Assembly: GCA_951406725.2 (NCBI GenBank)
Contig: OX597817.1
Coordinates: 149,916,001-149,980,000, forward strand
Source of the DNA: Octopus vulgaris
Taxonomy: Eukaryota
Length of the DNA: 64,000 bases
Reading direction: 5' to 3'
Of the stretch, positions 13,399 to 25,402 are shown one piece after another (positions within the stretch are counted from its first letter, which is position 1; each line of letters starts with the position of its first letter). The position numbers were made by a program, and so were the translations under genes. The notes beneath the pieces are model-generated. The model saw only the letters and a list, made by a program, of their open reading frames with translations, was not told the DNA's origin and ran no database searches.

Positions 13399-14097
13399 GT
13401 GATGGTGGTGGTGGTGGTGGTTGAGAGTGTTGAGTTCTAGAATTACATGTTGTATGATTTAGAAATAAAGGAGAATGAGATTTTCACAGACAGGATAGGA
13501 TAAAAAAAAACAAAAACAAACAAGGTCTACAGTTTAAAAGATTACACCAAATATTTGTTTGTCTACAACAATAGGACAGTTTATTAGAACAGTTGAGTTC
13601 ATTTGTTTGATATCACTAACTTGTGTCAACACCAGCTTAAACAACAAGACAACAAATTTACAAGGAGGCCACTAAGTGGTCACTCAAACTACTAGAAAAA
13701 GCAGCCAAATCTCCATCAAATTACACCATCTTAAACAATAAGGGACACATGCGGTAACATAGGCTAAAATACCCCTAAAAAGGATGGGTGACTGCAGTTG
13801 CAACACTTTTGATCATAGTTCCCCAAATGATAATGAGTCTTCAAGGGAACCTTTATGTTGCAGATCAATTTAGAAGAAATAACAGTTAAATCATTCTCAA
13901 ACAAAATACTACCATCTTAAATTTGGAAGTCACATGAGATAATATAATCTTAGATTATAATCTTATAATTTTAGATTCACCAAAAAAGATGGTATGATAA
14001 TACCATTGGTCATAAATTTGCTTGATCAGGACTTCTTTGGTGCTAAACAACAACAACAAAATGACAAACCAATGGAGTCTAGAAATAGCAGCCAAAT

Positions 14098-14825
14098 CTC
14101 AACTTGATTTCGAGCCGGGTCGTCTGCTGCTGGAGAGGACCGATCAGGTAAAGGACCTGGGTATCTTGGTGGATTCCTCCTTTTTGCCTTTGGCCCAGTG
14201 CGTCCATGCTGCCAACAAAGCACGCGGAGTTCTGTTCTTGATTCGACGGTTATTCGGAATGCTCACAGCAGCCACATTCCTACCGCTCTATGTCATGCTG
14301 GTGAGACCCATATTGGAGTACGGGATTCAAGCCTCTTCTCCTTATCTCCAAAAGGACATACAGCATCTCGAAAGAGTCCAGAAGCTGGCTACCCGCATGG
14401 TTCTTGGTCTCAAGAATTTGTCTTATGAAGAAAGACTGAAGACGCTCGACCTTTATTCTCTAGAAAAACGCCGACGCCGTGGTGATTTCATTCTTGCTCA
14501 CAACATCATAAGCGGAAAGTGTAACCTCTTGAAGGAACTGTTCTTCACTCCTGCTCCAGAGTGTCGGCTGCGGGGTCATTCTAAAAAGCTCTATCTGCGA
14601 CGATTTCATCTCAATCGAAGGAGAGGGGCTTTCTCCGTCCGGGTTGCGGATCCGTGGAATAAGCTGCCAGATGAGATGGTGAAGATGCCGACGACCGCTC
14701 GGTTCAAAGTCTCCCTTGACCACAAGTGGCCTGAACTCTTTACATGAACACCACCCTGTACATAACTCCATGTCCCCCTACATGGCCTTGCTTTTTTTGC
14801 TTTTTGAGCCCAAAAATTAACTAAG
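14098..14825 (+). mobile_element. 5'-truncated CR1-clade LINE (ORF2 C-terminus open to 14747)
   Basis: KDLGILVD...LVRPILEYG...LERVQKLATRMV...SYEERLKTLDLYSLEKRRRRGD...RGHSKKL...FSVRVADPWNKLP, typical of the CR1 post-RT region. Short 3'UTR and AACT tail. Confidence 0.92.
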
Positions 14826-16852
14826 TGACACCAAACAATGTTAAAGATAGAATGCACAATGTAGTCCAAGATATACTTCATCTGAAAATAAGATAAGATG
14901 GACATAACAAGAATGCCTGCTCAGTGAAGGCCTGCTGGGGCTAAACAGCAGCAAGAGTAACAGAAACATCAAGCTAAAATGGAAACTTCTATGTGGATGT
15001 TTGAATTACTAGAAATAGCAGCCAAGTCTTCCTCAGATCACGCCCTACCATCCTACAAAAACAGGAACACACATAGAATAATGTAGTTCCTGATATACAA
15101 AGAGATGGGATGGACACAAATGGAAGGTCTTTTATTTCAGTCTGTTCACTCAAAACTGGCTTAGAGCTAAGCAACAATACTAGATATGAAAATAGCTACA
15201 ACAACAATAGTAAATCTTCAAAGCAACCAAGAAAATTATTCTCAGGAGCCTTCTCTCTCTCTCTCTCTCTCTATCTATCTCACTCTCTATCTATCTATCT
15301 CTATCTCTTTCTCTCTATCTATCTATCTATCTCTCCCTCTACCTATCTCTCTCTCTCACTGTCTATCTATTGCTCTCTCTCTCTATCTATCTATCTACCC
15401 CCCCCTCTCTCCTCCAACAGAGAAGTCTTTAAATGATTGTCTAACCTGCTAGAAATAACAGTTAAATCTCCTTCGAATCCTACTATCTTTAACAAAAAAA
15501 AAAAAGTAAGGACACATTGTACTCCTAGATAAACTATGTCAGTTGGAAAACTGATCATATAATGGGTCTGCTCTATCAAGGCTGACTTCAGGCTAAACAG
15601 CAGCAGCAACAACAACAACAACAACAGAATTACAAATAACTGTAACAACAATAGCAAATGTTCAAAGAAAGGATAAATATTTTCTCTCTCTCTCTCTCGC
15701 TCTTTCTTTGATATACTTCAATATTTGGAGTCATTCCTCTGATCTCAATTAACAGTATATCACAGTATATTTCGATCAGAGAGCTTGCCACTTATAGATA
15801 TTGTCATCTTAATTTATATCCAGCAACAGAAGCCGACATTAATTTCCACTCAAATTCGTACTAGATTTATCTTCTGAATTCCAACAGTGGTGGATGTTAA
15901 ACACCTACACTTGGCTTATATGTCTCAAGAAATAGCATGATTAATCAGTAAGAGAGAAGAGACGTGAGAAAAGCTAAAATTATTCTTCAATATATAAATG
16001 TAGGATGACAGGGAATATAGATAATGTCTGACAATAGGAAAGAATGTGTAAACAATGGGAAAATAAATAGTGAAAACTGAAAGCAGGTGAATAAAAATAA
16101 CATGAATAACAAAAAAAAAAAAAATTAAAAGAAATACTTTGTTTTGTTTGCTTTTCATTTTTAAATATAAAATTAATTTTAATGAAAGTTACTGAAATGA
16201 AATAATATTGAAAAGAAGAAAAAAAATAATTGCTGAAGATAGAGAAATTTCCATTAACATGTTACCATGTCAACAAGTGAAATGGATTTGATCTTATTAG
16301 TCACATACATCAGCAGGTTATTTTTAAAATAGCATCAGAGGAAAGAGAAACAAGAAGGAAACAAAACAAAACAAAAAAAAAAAGGAAAGGAAAGAAAGAA
16401 ATTTGAGTTTTGCCATTATTAAGATAAGAAATACATACGAAATCCAACAGGAAATGCCAATCAAGACAATGATGGAAGAGGAGAAGAAGAAGAAGAAAGA
16501 GGTTCATGTTAGATTGAGCTTGCATACTGTGCATTCCAAGAAATTTTGTCCCCAAACATGCAACATTGCAGTAGCACTACAACTACTGTTACTACTTTTA
16601 CAGCTACTACAACAACTACTACTACTACTACTACAAAATGCACATACACACACACACACACAAATACACACACACACATAGATCTACACACGGAGCAGTG
16701 TTACCATGATGCAGAAGTCCAATTATTAAAGTCTATTTAGAGGAGATATAAAAATAAAACAGCTTGTGACTGAGTTCATTACAGTTAAAAGAGAGCCAAG
16801 CAGAAGGAACCACGTTTCCTGCAACACCCCAACACCCAACGTTTTTATATGA

Positions 16853-17229
16853 ATTAACTCTTCAGCATTTAAGCTGGCCATATCTGGCCCAAATTTTCCA
16901 CCTGTTTTACATTCAAACCAGCCAGGGCTAGCCTCTCACACACAACCTACAATGCCATTCTAAACTTAAACAAAATTATCATCGAAATCTTGAAGCTATG
17001 AGATGATGCAGGTTTAATTCAATGGCCGAGTGGTCTAAGGCGCCAGACTCAAGGATAATATCCTTAACCAGAACAATGAGTATTCTGGTCCACGTATGTG
17101 GGCGTGGGTTTGAATCCCACTTCTGACAAGCATCTTTTTTGTCCAACCCGTGCTAGCGCGGAAAACGGACGTTAAACGATAATGATGATGATTACATTTG
17201 ACAGAGTAATCTGAATGCTAAGGGGTTAA
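16853..17229. mobile_element. piggyBac-like MITE family B (other copies about 17739-18521, 27197-27424, 47424-47626, 52439-52658)
   Basis: TTAAC(C/T)CTT(T/C)AGCA...TGCTAA(A/G)GGGTTAA termini. This copy hosts the tRNA chimera. Confidence 0.8.
17021..17128 (+). pseudogene. tRNA-Leu(CAA) pseudogene, intron-containing, 5' truncated
   Basis: TGGCCGAGTGGTCTAAGGCGCCAGACT-CAA-G, a 29-nt intron (17054-17082), then TTCTGGTC...GGGTTTGAATCCCACTTCTGACA. Lacks the 5' GTCAG, and the T-loop reads TTT instead of TTC. Confidence 0.9.
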
Positions 17230-17509
17230 ATCATGGGGTTAAATAAGGGAGCAAGCTAGTAGAAACGTTAGCACGCTCAGTGAAATGCTTAGCGGTATTT
17301 CGTCTGCCATTACGTTCTGAGTTCAATTTCTGTTGAGGTCGACTTTGCCTTTCATCCTTTCGGGGTCGATAAATTAAGTACCAGATATGCACTGGGGTCG
17401 ATGTAATCAACTTAATCCTTTTGTCTGTCTTTGTTTGTCCCCTCTACGTTTAGCCCCTTGTGGGCAATAAAGAAATAAGGGGTTAAATCATGTGAGAGGA
17501 CAAACTTAC

Positions 17510-17560
17510 AGCTTCATTGAGCATATTTGGCTCAGTGGTGCTCAGTTCTCATTTCAATTC
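17510..17560 (-). CDS. candidate downstream exon of the CUB-like gene (G-IEMRTEHH-stop)
   Basis: Acceptor cctgtctcattcatag and donor gtaagt bound 51 nt. The phase-1 frame matches donor 25157 and runs furthest; the other two frames stop within 2-4 codons. No independent support. Confidence 0.3.
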
Positions 17561-18897
17561 CTATGAATGAGACAGGATGGCATTTATAGATATCTCACAC
17601 TGTCTCTATATTTTAGAAGTATCACATACATGCCTTTCCTGGGGACATTAGCAGAATAAGAGAAATGAAAAAGCTAAGCTATTATGGTTAAAACTACATA
17701 AGCGGAGGATTTTTTGTTTGTTTTGTTTTTTTCATGGCTTAACTCTTTAGCATTCTGGTTACTCAGCCAAATGTAATGCTTATTTATTGACATTCATCAT
17801 CATCGTTTAACGTCCGTTTTCCATGCTAGCATAGGTTGGACGGTTCGACCAGGGTCTGGGAATCCAGGAGGCTGCACCAGGCTCCAGTCTGATCTGGCAG
17901 TGTTTCTACAGCTGGATGTCCTTCCTAATGCCAACCATTCTGTGAGTGTAGTGGGTGCTTTTTACGTGCCACCGGCACAGGTGCTAGGGAAGGCTGGCAA
18001 TGGCCACGATCGGTTGGTGCTTTTTACGTGCCACTGGCATGGAAGCCAGTCAAGGCAGTGCTGGCATCGGCCACGTTCAGATGCTGCTTTTTATGTACCA
18101 GCGGCACAGGTGTCACAACTATAATTTCCATTTGATTTTTATTTTGCTGTTGATGTACTTGACTCAATAGGTCTCCTCAAGCACAGCAGGTCACCCTATG
18201 ATTCAAGGTAAGCACAGCAGGCCATCCTGCAATCCAAGGTACTTTGGATGGGCTGGGGCTGCTATGTGAAGCCAGTGCAGGAAACAGCCATAAACTCACG
18301 TTATTTGTCAGGTCTTCGCAGTCACAGCATATCTCCAGAGATCTCACATTGTTTGGAGTTAATTATGCATTATGCTGTAGCTTTAAGATTTTGATGATCT
18401 GACTGTTATTTTTAGAATGACATAGCAGGGTAGATGTGAAAGGATGGATCTAGGTGATTTAAACATAAAACAGGAAGAATATTTGCGCTGGATATGACTG
18501 GTTTAAAAGCTAAAGAATTAAAGAAGAGCTGTGCACATAATCCTTTTGTAGGCATTCCAAGATTGATTAATGAAAGGAAGGAGTAACACATATCTCATGG
18601 TCCAAATTCTAGCAATAAAATGACCTTCGCCAGGGCCATTCTATTGCTAGGATGGCAGACAAGAGCAAGGCAATAGTGCAAAAGCTGGCAAAAGGTTAAG
18701 ATTACTGGAAACTCTTCATCAGAGACACACAACATATTCAGAAAGTGGTTCACAAATTTCATTAGGTAAACTCCATGGGCCACCAAACATAAATATGCAT
18801 TCGATTGCATCATGCAACAACAACAACAAATAAAGGACATAAATTTCACTGATCAATGCCAAAACTTTGGTATTAACCAAGTTGTGCATCACTGCAC

Positions 18898-19587
18898 TAG
18901 AGCACTTATAATATTTTAAACTATTGAAAGATACTCTGGTGAAATATATCCTAACGATGAGCTAATTTCTCTTTGATAATTTATGTAATGGCTAAGTCAG
19001 GAGGAAATCGATACCCTAGAGTACTTATGATATTTTAAACTATTTAAGGTGGCAAGCTGGCAGAAACATTAGCATGCCGGCCAAAATGCTTAGCGGTATT
19101 TCGTCTGCCGTTACGTTCTGAGTTCAAATTCCACCGAGGTCGACTTTGCCTTTCATCCTTTCAGGGTCGATAAATTAAGTACCAGTTACGCACTGGGGTC
19201 GATGTAATTGACTTAATTCCTTTGTCTGTCCTTGTTTGTCCCCTCTATGTTTAGCCCCTTGTGAGCAATAAAGAAATAAGAAACTTTAGCATGCTGGGTG
19301 AAATGCTTAGCAGTATTTCGTCTGTATTTACGTCCTGAGTTCAAATTCCGCCAAAGTTGACCTTGCCTTTCATCCTTTCGGGGTTGGTAAATTAAGTACC
19401 AGTTGCATATTGTGGTCGATCTAATCGACTACCCCCCCCCCCCCCCCGCCCCCAAATTTCTTGTGCCTAGAGTAGAAAAGAATATTTTAAACTATTGAAA
19501 GATTCTCTGGTGAAATATATCCTAATGATGAGTTAATTTCTCTTTGATAATTCATATAATGGTTAAGTGGGGAAGAAATCGGTACCA
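18898..19587. repeat. about 120-bp tandem duplication with the second unit split by the SINE dimer
   Basis: ATATTTTAAACTATTGAAAGAT...GAAATCG(A/G)TACC occurs at about 18911-19016 and 19482-19586. Confidence 0.8.
19046..19481 (+). mobile_element. dimer of the Meta-like SINE
   Basis: Two monomers with different tails inside a 15-bp TSD ATATTTTAAACTATT. Confidence 0.85.
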
Positions 19588-20677
19588 TAAGACCTTCTTT
19601 TATAGGACCTTCTTTTATGAGGAATGAAGGAGATTATTATCAGACAGGAGACTTGAGTTGTATGCTTATAACAGAGTGGACTCCACTAAAAGCCACTTAT
19701 GGCCCAAGTGGTGATGTTAAACTGGATGGAAACTAAAGTCTACCATACAAAGTTACCAAATATCTTCTTACTCTAATTTATAACAGAAAGTGCTTCATCA
19801 CTTCTACACCAAAAAAAAAAAAAGATGTTAAAAAATAAATACTTAAAATTAATTTGTGTCTCTGTCCTTTAAGAATCTGATATGTATTTCCTTTCAATAA
19901 ACATCCTAATTTAGAAAGTCAAGTTAGTTCATGAGTCTAACTTGCAATTAATTTGTTCTAATCTCCACTAATTAATCTCCAAAATAGTCTTGAAATGTTC
20001 TGTGAATTTTATTTAGATACATTCAAAGAATATTTTAAGTATACTTTAGGCACCATAACAGTAGTATAAAAATATGAACATCCAAAGAATGTCCTGTTGT
20101 CTCACACAACTGAAGAAAATATTGAATTCTTCCATTTGTAATACATCCATGTCTTTCTGGATCATGTAAACTGGAAGCTGGATAAGTTTACAAATGGTAG
20201 ATGGATTCTTTTTCTAACCCTGAACTACTCAACTTTTCTATGAGTGTGGTACCTATTTTTGACCAGGATGACTGAGGCAGTTTGAGTATCAACTTCATTT
20301 TTTGAGCAGCATCATGCTGGAGCTCCTTTTCTGCCATGTTCTCCTTTCAGAAGCTCAAACTGAGCCCCAGCCTCTTCCACCAATTCACTTCTCATGCTTA
20401 AATAAATGCTCTAACATTGGCACAAGGTGCTGAAATTTGCGGAGAAGGAGATTAGTTAATCTCTAGTATCCATTTACTTGTCTGCTGCTTTACTTTATCA
20501 ACCCTCAAAAGCATGAAAAGCACAGTTGGCTTCAGTGGGATTTGAACTCAGAATGTAAAAAGCCAGAAGAAATATTGCATGGTAATTTTGTCTGATGTTC
20601 TAATGACTCTGCCAATTCACTGCCTGTTTATGGTTAATAATAATAATAATAATAAATAATAATAATAATAATAATAA

Positions 20678-21222
20678 TGGTATTTGTGGCATAAGAACAG
20701 TAAATATCAATATGAAGTAACAGAGAACTGGTATGAGCATGTACCAAGTAAAGTTATGCAGGAGGATGGAAAAGTAACGATACTCTGGGACTATGATTTT
20801 CAGACGGATCGTGTAATCGAAAATCATCAGCCTGATATTGTCATATTGAATAAGTGAGACAAATACTGTCAGATCATTGATGTAGTCATACCAAATGACA
20901 TGAATGTTGTGAGTAAAGAGGTTGAAAAAAATCACCAAGTACTCCGAATTGAAAGAGGAAATGGCAAGACTGTATGGAATGTGAGAGAGTAATGTAAAAG
21001 TGGTGATCAGAGTGTTGGACTCAATCCCATTGAAACTTCAAAACTCCTTAAGGCAACTGGAAATCGCAAGCAAGAAGGATGTCTTGCAAAAAGCAGCCTT
21101 ATTGGGCACAGCGCACATCTTAAGGAAAGTATTATCTGTTTGAGGTCCTTGTTGTGACATGACAGATGACTAAAGATTCTGGTGCATTATTACGTATACT
21201 GTGTTACGAGGAAATAATAATG
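20678..21222 (+). mobile_element. R4/Dong-like non-LTR retrotransposon 3' fragment (restriction-like endonuclease region) at (AAT)n
   Basis: Manual translation from 20729: WYEHVPSKV...ILWDYDFQTDRVIENHQPDIVIL...IIDVVIPND...EKITKYSELKEEMARL...LQKAALLGTAHILRKVL, with stops and a frameshift. Confidence 0.85.
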
Positions 21223-22475
21223 ATGATGATGATAAACCACCGCCACCAACAAACCCACCACCACCACCACCACCATTTGGATGGTATGACTAAAACTGAC
21301 CAGCCAGATAGCTGCACCAGGCACCAGTTGTCTGTTTTAGCATGGTTTCTATACCTGGGCGCCCTTTATAATGCCAACCACTTTAGAGAGTGTACTGGGT
21401 GCTTTTTACATGGTACCCATCATCAGAGCTTTATACCAGTACTAAACAATATAATGTAAAACTATATAAAAAAATTATAACTTGATTATTAAGCTAACAT
21501 ATTTAACATAGTGAGCATTGAAAAGTGAATTAGAAATAATTATGTGGTGAAGAAAAGGCAATTTTAATGGTTAATATTTTTATTATTCTAGCAAGTATGG
21601 GAGACAACTGTAAACATGTTTTAATCTTACTTGACCTCTTCAATAAAACACAGACTTCATCATACTTGTCTAATAAGTAGTGATGATAAAATAACTAGGT
21701 ATATATACACAACTAGGCATTACTATCAAGACTTCAGAAAATAAATTACTGAGAGAAATTACTCAGGGATTCCATCAGCATGAAAAAACAGAAGATAAGT
21801 TAGTAGGAAATCCAGAACGCACAAGACTTAACAGCCAACAGTTCGACATTGCATTAACCATGATGACAATCATTCATCAACAGTTGCTATTGTGGTTTAA
21901 CCTATGGTCAGTCTTGATTGAGGAAACTTACGATCAAAGACATTCCAACCATGACCATTCCATCTCATTTCTAAGCTCAATGTATCCATGACTACATTAT
22001 CCAATATAAACTTCTCTTTTTCAAGATGATTGGGTGAAGAGATTTACCAGTTATTTCTAGCAGGTTCAATGATCACATAAATGCACTTTCCCTCCCCCTC
22101 CCTCTGCCTCTTTCCTCTTCCCCTCTCTCTCTCTCTCCCTCCCTCTCTCATTAGCTCATACCTATTGTTGATCATACAGATGGCATCTCAGAATTATTTA
22201 TTATCAAAGCAATTCCAATTTTCTACACAAACAAATATATATTTCTGTATATTTACTTATCTTCAACAAGTTACAGTGAGGCTATACACCGGCAAAGAAG
22301 TTCAATGAAGCAGAAACATGCGTCTAATGTAGTGTTGAACTTACTAACTGTTAAGTCATGAGCTTCAGATAGCTAAAATAAATAAATAGGCTCTGTTCAT
22401 TTAGACAAATCTTAGGAGACTGTAGAAAGCATCCACAGAGGTTTGCCATTGTGGAACACTGTAATGGAATTTATG

Positions 22476-22610
22476 ATATATGTATATGTGTATATATATA
22501 TGTGTGTGTGTGTGTGTGTATATACACACACACACATATATATACATATCTATATACACATTTTTATCTTTTATCTATATATCTATCTATACATACATAT
22601 ATATATATAC

Positions 22611-22651
<41 letters not shown>

Positions 22652-22987
22652 TATATATAGAGACTTATCTATATATATATATATACACACACATATATAT
22701 CTATATATATATATATATACATACACACACATATATATCTATATATATATATATACATACATATATGTATATATATATATATATATGTGTATGTATCTAT
22801 ACATACATATATATATATCTATACATATATATACATATACACACACACATATATATATATATCTATACACATATATACATATACACACACACATATATAT
22901 ATATATATCTATACACACATATATATATACATATATATCTATAAATATATATATATACATTTATCTATACATATATACACATACATA

Positions 22988-23027
<40 letters not shown>

Positions 23028-23150
23028 CATACATATACATACATATATATATCTATACATACATATATATATATATTTATACATACATATATATATCTAT
23101 ACATAGATACATATATATATCTATACATACATACATATATATATCTATAC

Positions 23151-23195
<45 letters not shown>

Positions 23196-23282
23196 CACAC
23201 ACACACATATATACATATACACATATATATATATACATACATATATATACACACACATATATATATATACACACACACACAG

Positions 23283-23323
<41 letters not shown>

Positions 23324-23341
23324 TATACATATATATATATT
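22476..23341. repeat. compound (TA)/(CA)/(TACA) microsatellite, about 865 bp
   Basis: Directly visible; source of the long I/Y/H/T ORFs. Confidence 0.95.
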
Positions 23342-24215
23342 GCAATGCTGGTGAGGAAAGAGGTGATCAGGTTTCATTCATAACTACTGAAAGCATTAGA
23401 GATAGAAAAAGTTAAGTTTTTTTTTATGCACTGATGAGCCCAATGAATCTGAGTGGAAGAGATTGCTGACGAGATACTGGCAACATTAAAGCTAAACCTA
23501 CTATTACAATCAGTGCTTATCTAGAGATGGATTTCCTTCTTGTTTTCAAGCATGAGAACTCCTAATGTTCACCATGGCTTTAAATGTACTTAACAAATTT
23601 AGAAGCCTTACCTAATTCATTAAAACAAGAAGTGAACAAGCCAACTGTCAGCCTCTATGTGATTGCTTGAAAAGCTAGAAATAGCAGCTAAACCTGCCTC
23701 ACATCACACCATACTATTTAAGGAGATGCTCTGTGTTTCTTTCAATTAATTGTAAATATAACAAAGAATTTAGTAAAATAACTTAGTTATCATTAAGCTA
23801 CTGTTAGGATCATAAATTGTGACTAAGGTTTGGTGGTATATTTTAATGAAAAACTTATGAAAACAAGACATTTATACTACAGAGCCAGAGCCGGTTTTGG
23901 CCGGGTTAGTGTCAAAAGGGTTAAGGAAAAAATAGACAGGAAGGAGACTTGGACAATGTAGGTCTAGGTAAAGAAAAAGATGGAACAACCATTGGTAGAA
24001 CACCTTTAATTAGAGGCCTGCTTCATCAGGGTAGACTTGAGACTAAACAACAATAAAAGACTAATTTGATATAGGAATACATGTTTGATGAATTAATCAA
24101 ATTCCTTTCACTGAGGGATTTACATATTCTCAGTTTATGGAGACGGTCGCAATAAAAACTGGAATTTCAGTTAAAAATAATGACTGAATTTTTAAATTGA
24201 AGTAATCTACATTTT

Positions 24216-24517
24216 CTGTTGTGTCTGGGAAGAGTTATTTTATTTTTGTGCCTTATAATTTAACACACTCACTGGTAAAATTTCCACTTTTTTATTTTTA
24301 TTTTCCTAAAATTTTCGTTGCATCTTGCAACCTTTTCAATAGTTTTGACTCTCTAAAAAATTTTAGGAAAATAAAAATAAGAAAAAAGTGGAAATTTTAC
24401 GAGTGAGTGTGTTACATTATAAGGCACAAAAAGAAAATGACTCTCCCCAGACACAACAGAATATGCTTCAACACACGAACTCATATAAAGAATCTTGCAA
24501 ACCAAATCCAAAAATGA
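24216..24517. mobile_element. Penelope-style inverted non-autonomous element
   Basis: Inverted arms about 24216-24315 and 24358-24459 plus a unique tail. 12-bp TSD AATCTACATTTT at 24204-24215 and 24518-24529. Confidence 0.8.
24306..24342 (-). ncRNA. minimal hammerhead variant with U3-A8 core pair
   Basis: CUA-UUGAAAA-G-GUUGC-AAGAU-GCAAC-GAA-AAUU-U-UAG. Confidence 0.6.
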
Positions 24518-25124
24518 AATCTACATTTTATTACTTTCCTAAACGACAGCTGACCAAGGCAACCCAAAGTATTACTTTGTTGTAGATACAGCTTAGGTAA
24601 CATATACAAGATGGAGCACTTAAGCACAAACACACAATCAACAAACTCTTTACACATACAAGCTAACAATAAAGTAACAAAATCTGATTTCCTTTTTTTT
24701 TTTTGCTTAATATAGACTTTTATTTTTAAAGCTATGATTTGGAATAATAGTTGGCAAGAAGGTTTTCCCACAAAGCATTTTCATCTCATTGTAAAAATAG
24801 CATCTGTTTTATTAACAGAGTCGACAATAAGTGAAAGTCCTCTATCAAATTGTTAATTTCACTGCATGCCAAGAAAAACAGTGCCAAGCTGGCCAAATAT
24901 AATCAACAAAGATTAAAAATGATTGAACAGTAAATACTATGTATAAATAGATAACCAATAACCGGTTGTTGGAGTTGAGGAAAAGCAACAGTCGGAGGGA
25001 AAAATTAGCAAAGAAATGTTGTTTTTTTTTTCTGCCAAAGACCATCTCTTTTTATCCCATTTTACTTGAATGAATAAGCATGCCCCCCCCCCCCCCAAAC
25101 AGAACAGTCGACATTTGATCACAA

Positions 25125-25402
25125 TTACACACAGACATACCACATGCAGAACTCACCATTCATAAGAGTTTGCGTGCCAACATTATTTGCATTCCTGGGA
25201 TGGTTCATACCTGGAAACCTGTGCCTTACTCTGGGCGTTGAGTATTCATGCACGTCTAGCACTGATGTAGATTCTTGCCAACGTGCTCGTTGCATCAGAT
25301 AGCATTTGTATAGAAATCCACAACCCGCAAGGATGAATGCTGTGATTAAACCAATCACGATAAGTATTGTTTTTATTGGTTTTGAAGGTTTTGGTGGACC
25401 AG
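25125..25402 (-). CDS. CUB-like membrane protein, coding exon 4 (TM helix TILIVIGLITAFILAGCGFLY plus cytoplasmic tail); ends at donor 25157 or reads through to the stop at 25125
   Basis: Acceptor ttttcctcag; phase 1 (A+CT = Thr). Hydrophobic 21-aa segment followed by KCYLMQRAR. An internal gtgagt donor follows 25157. Confidence 0.85.

Noticed and set aside
14022-14747. 241-aa ORF as a host gene
   Set aside because: It is a CR1 ORF2 fragment with a chance in-frame upstream extension.
17021-17128. Functional tRNA-Leu gene
   Set aside because: The 5' acceptor strand is missing, the T-loop is mutated, and it is embedded in a MITE.
22346-22372. Alternative acceptor giving A-I-stop after exon 4
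   Set aside because: Only an AT-rich AG site; such matches are expected by chance here.
22443-23383. Long ORFs up to 303 aa
   Set aside because: Translations of the TA/CA microsatellite.
23430-23480. CTGATGA / CTGACGA boxes
   Set aside because: No stem II followed by GAAA and no stem I pairing.
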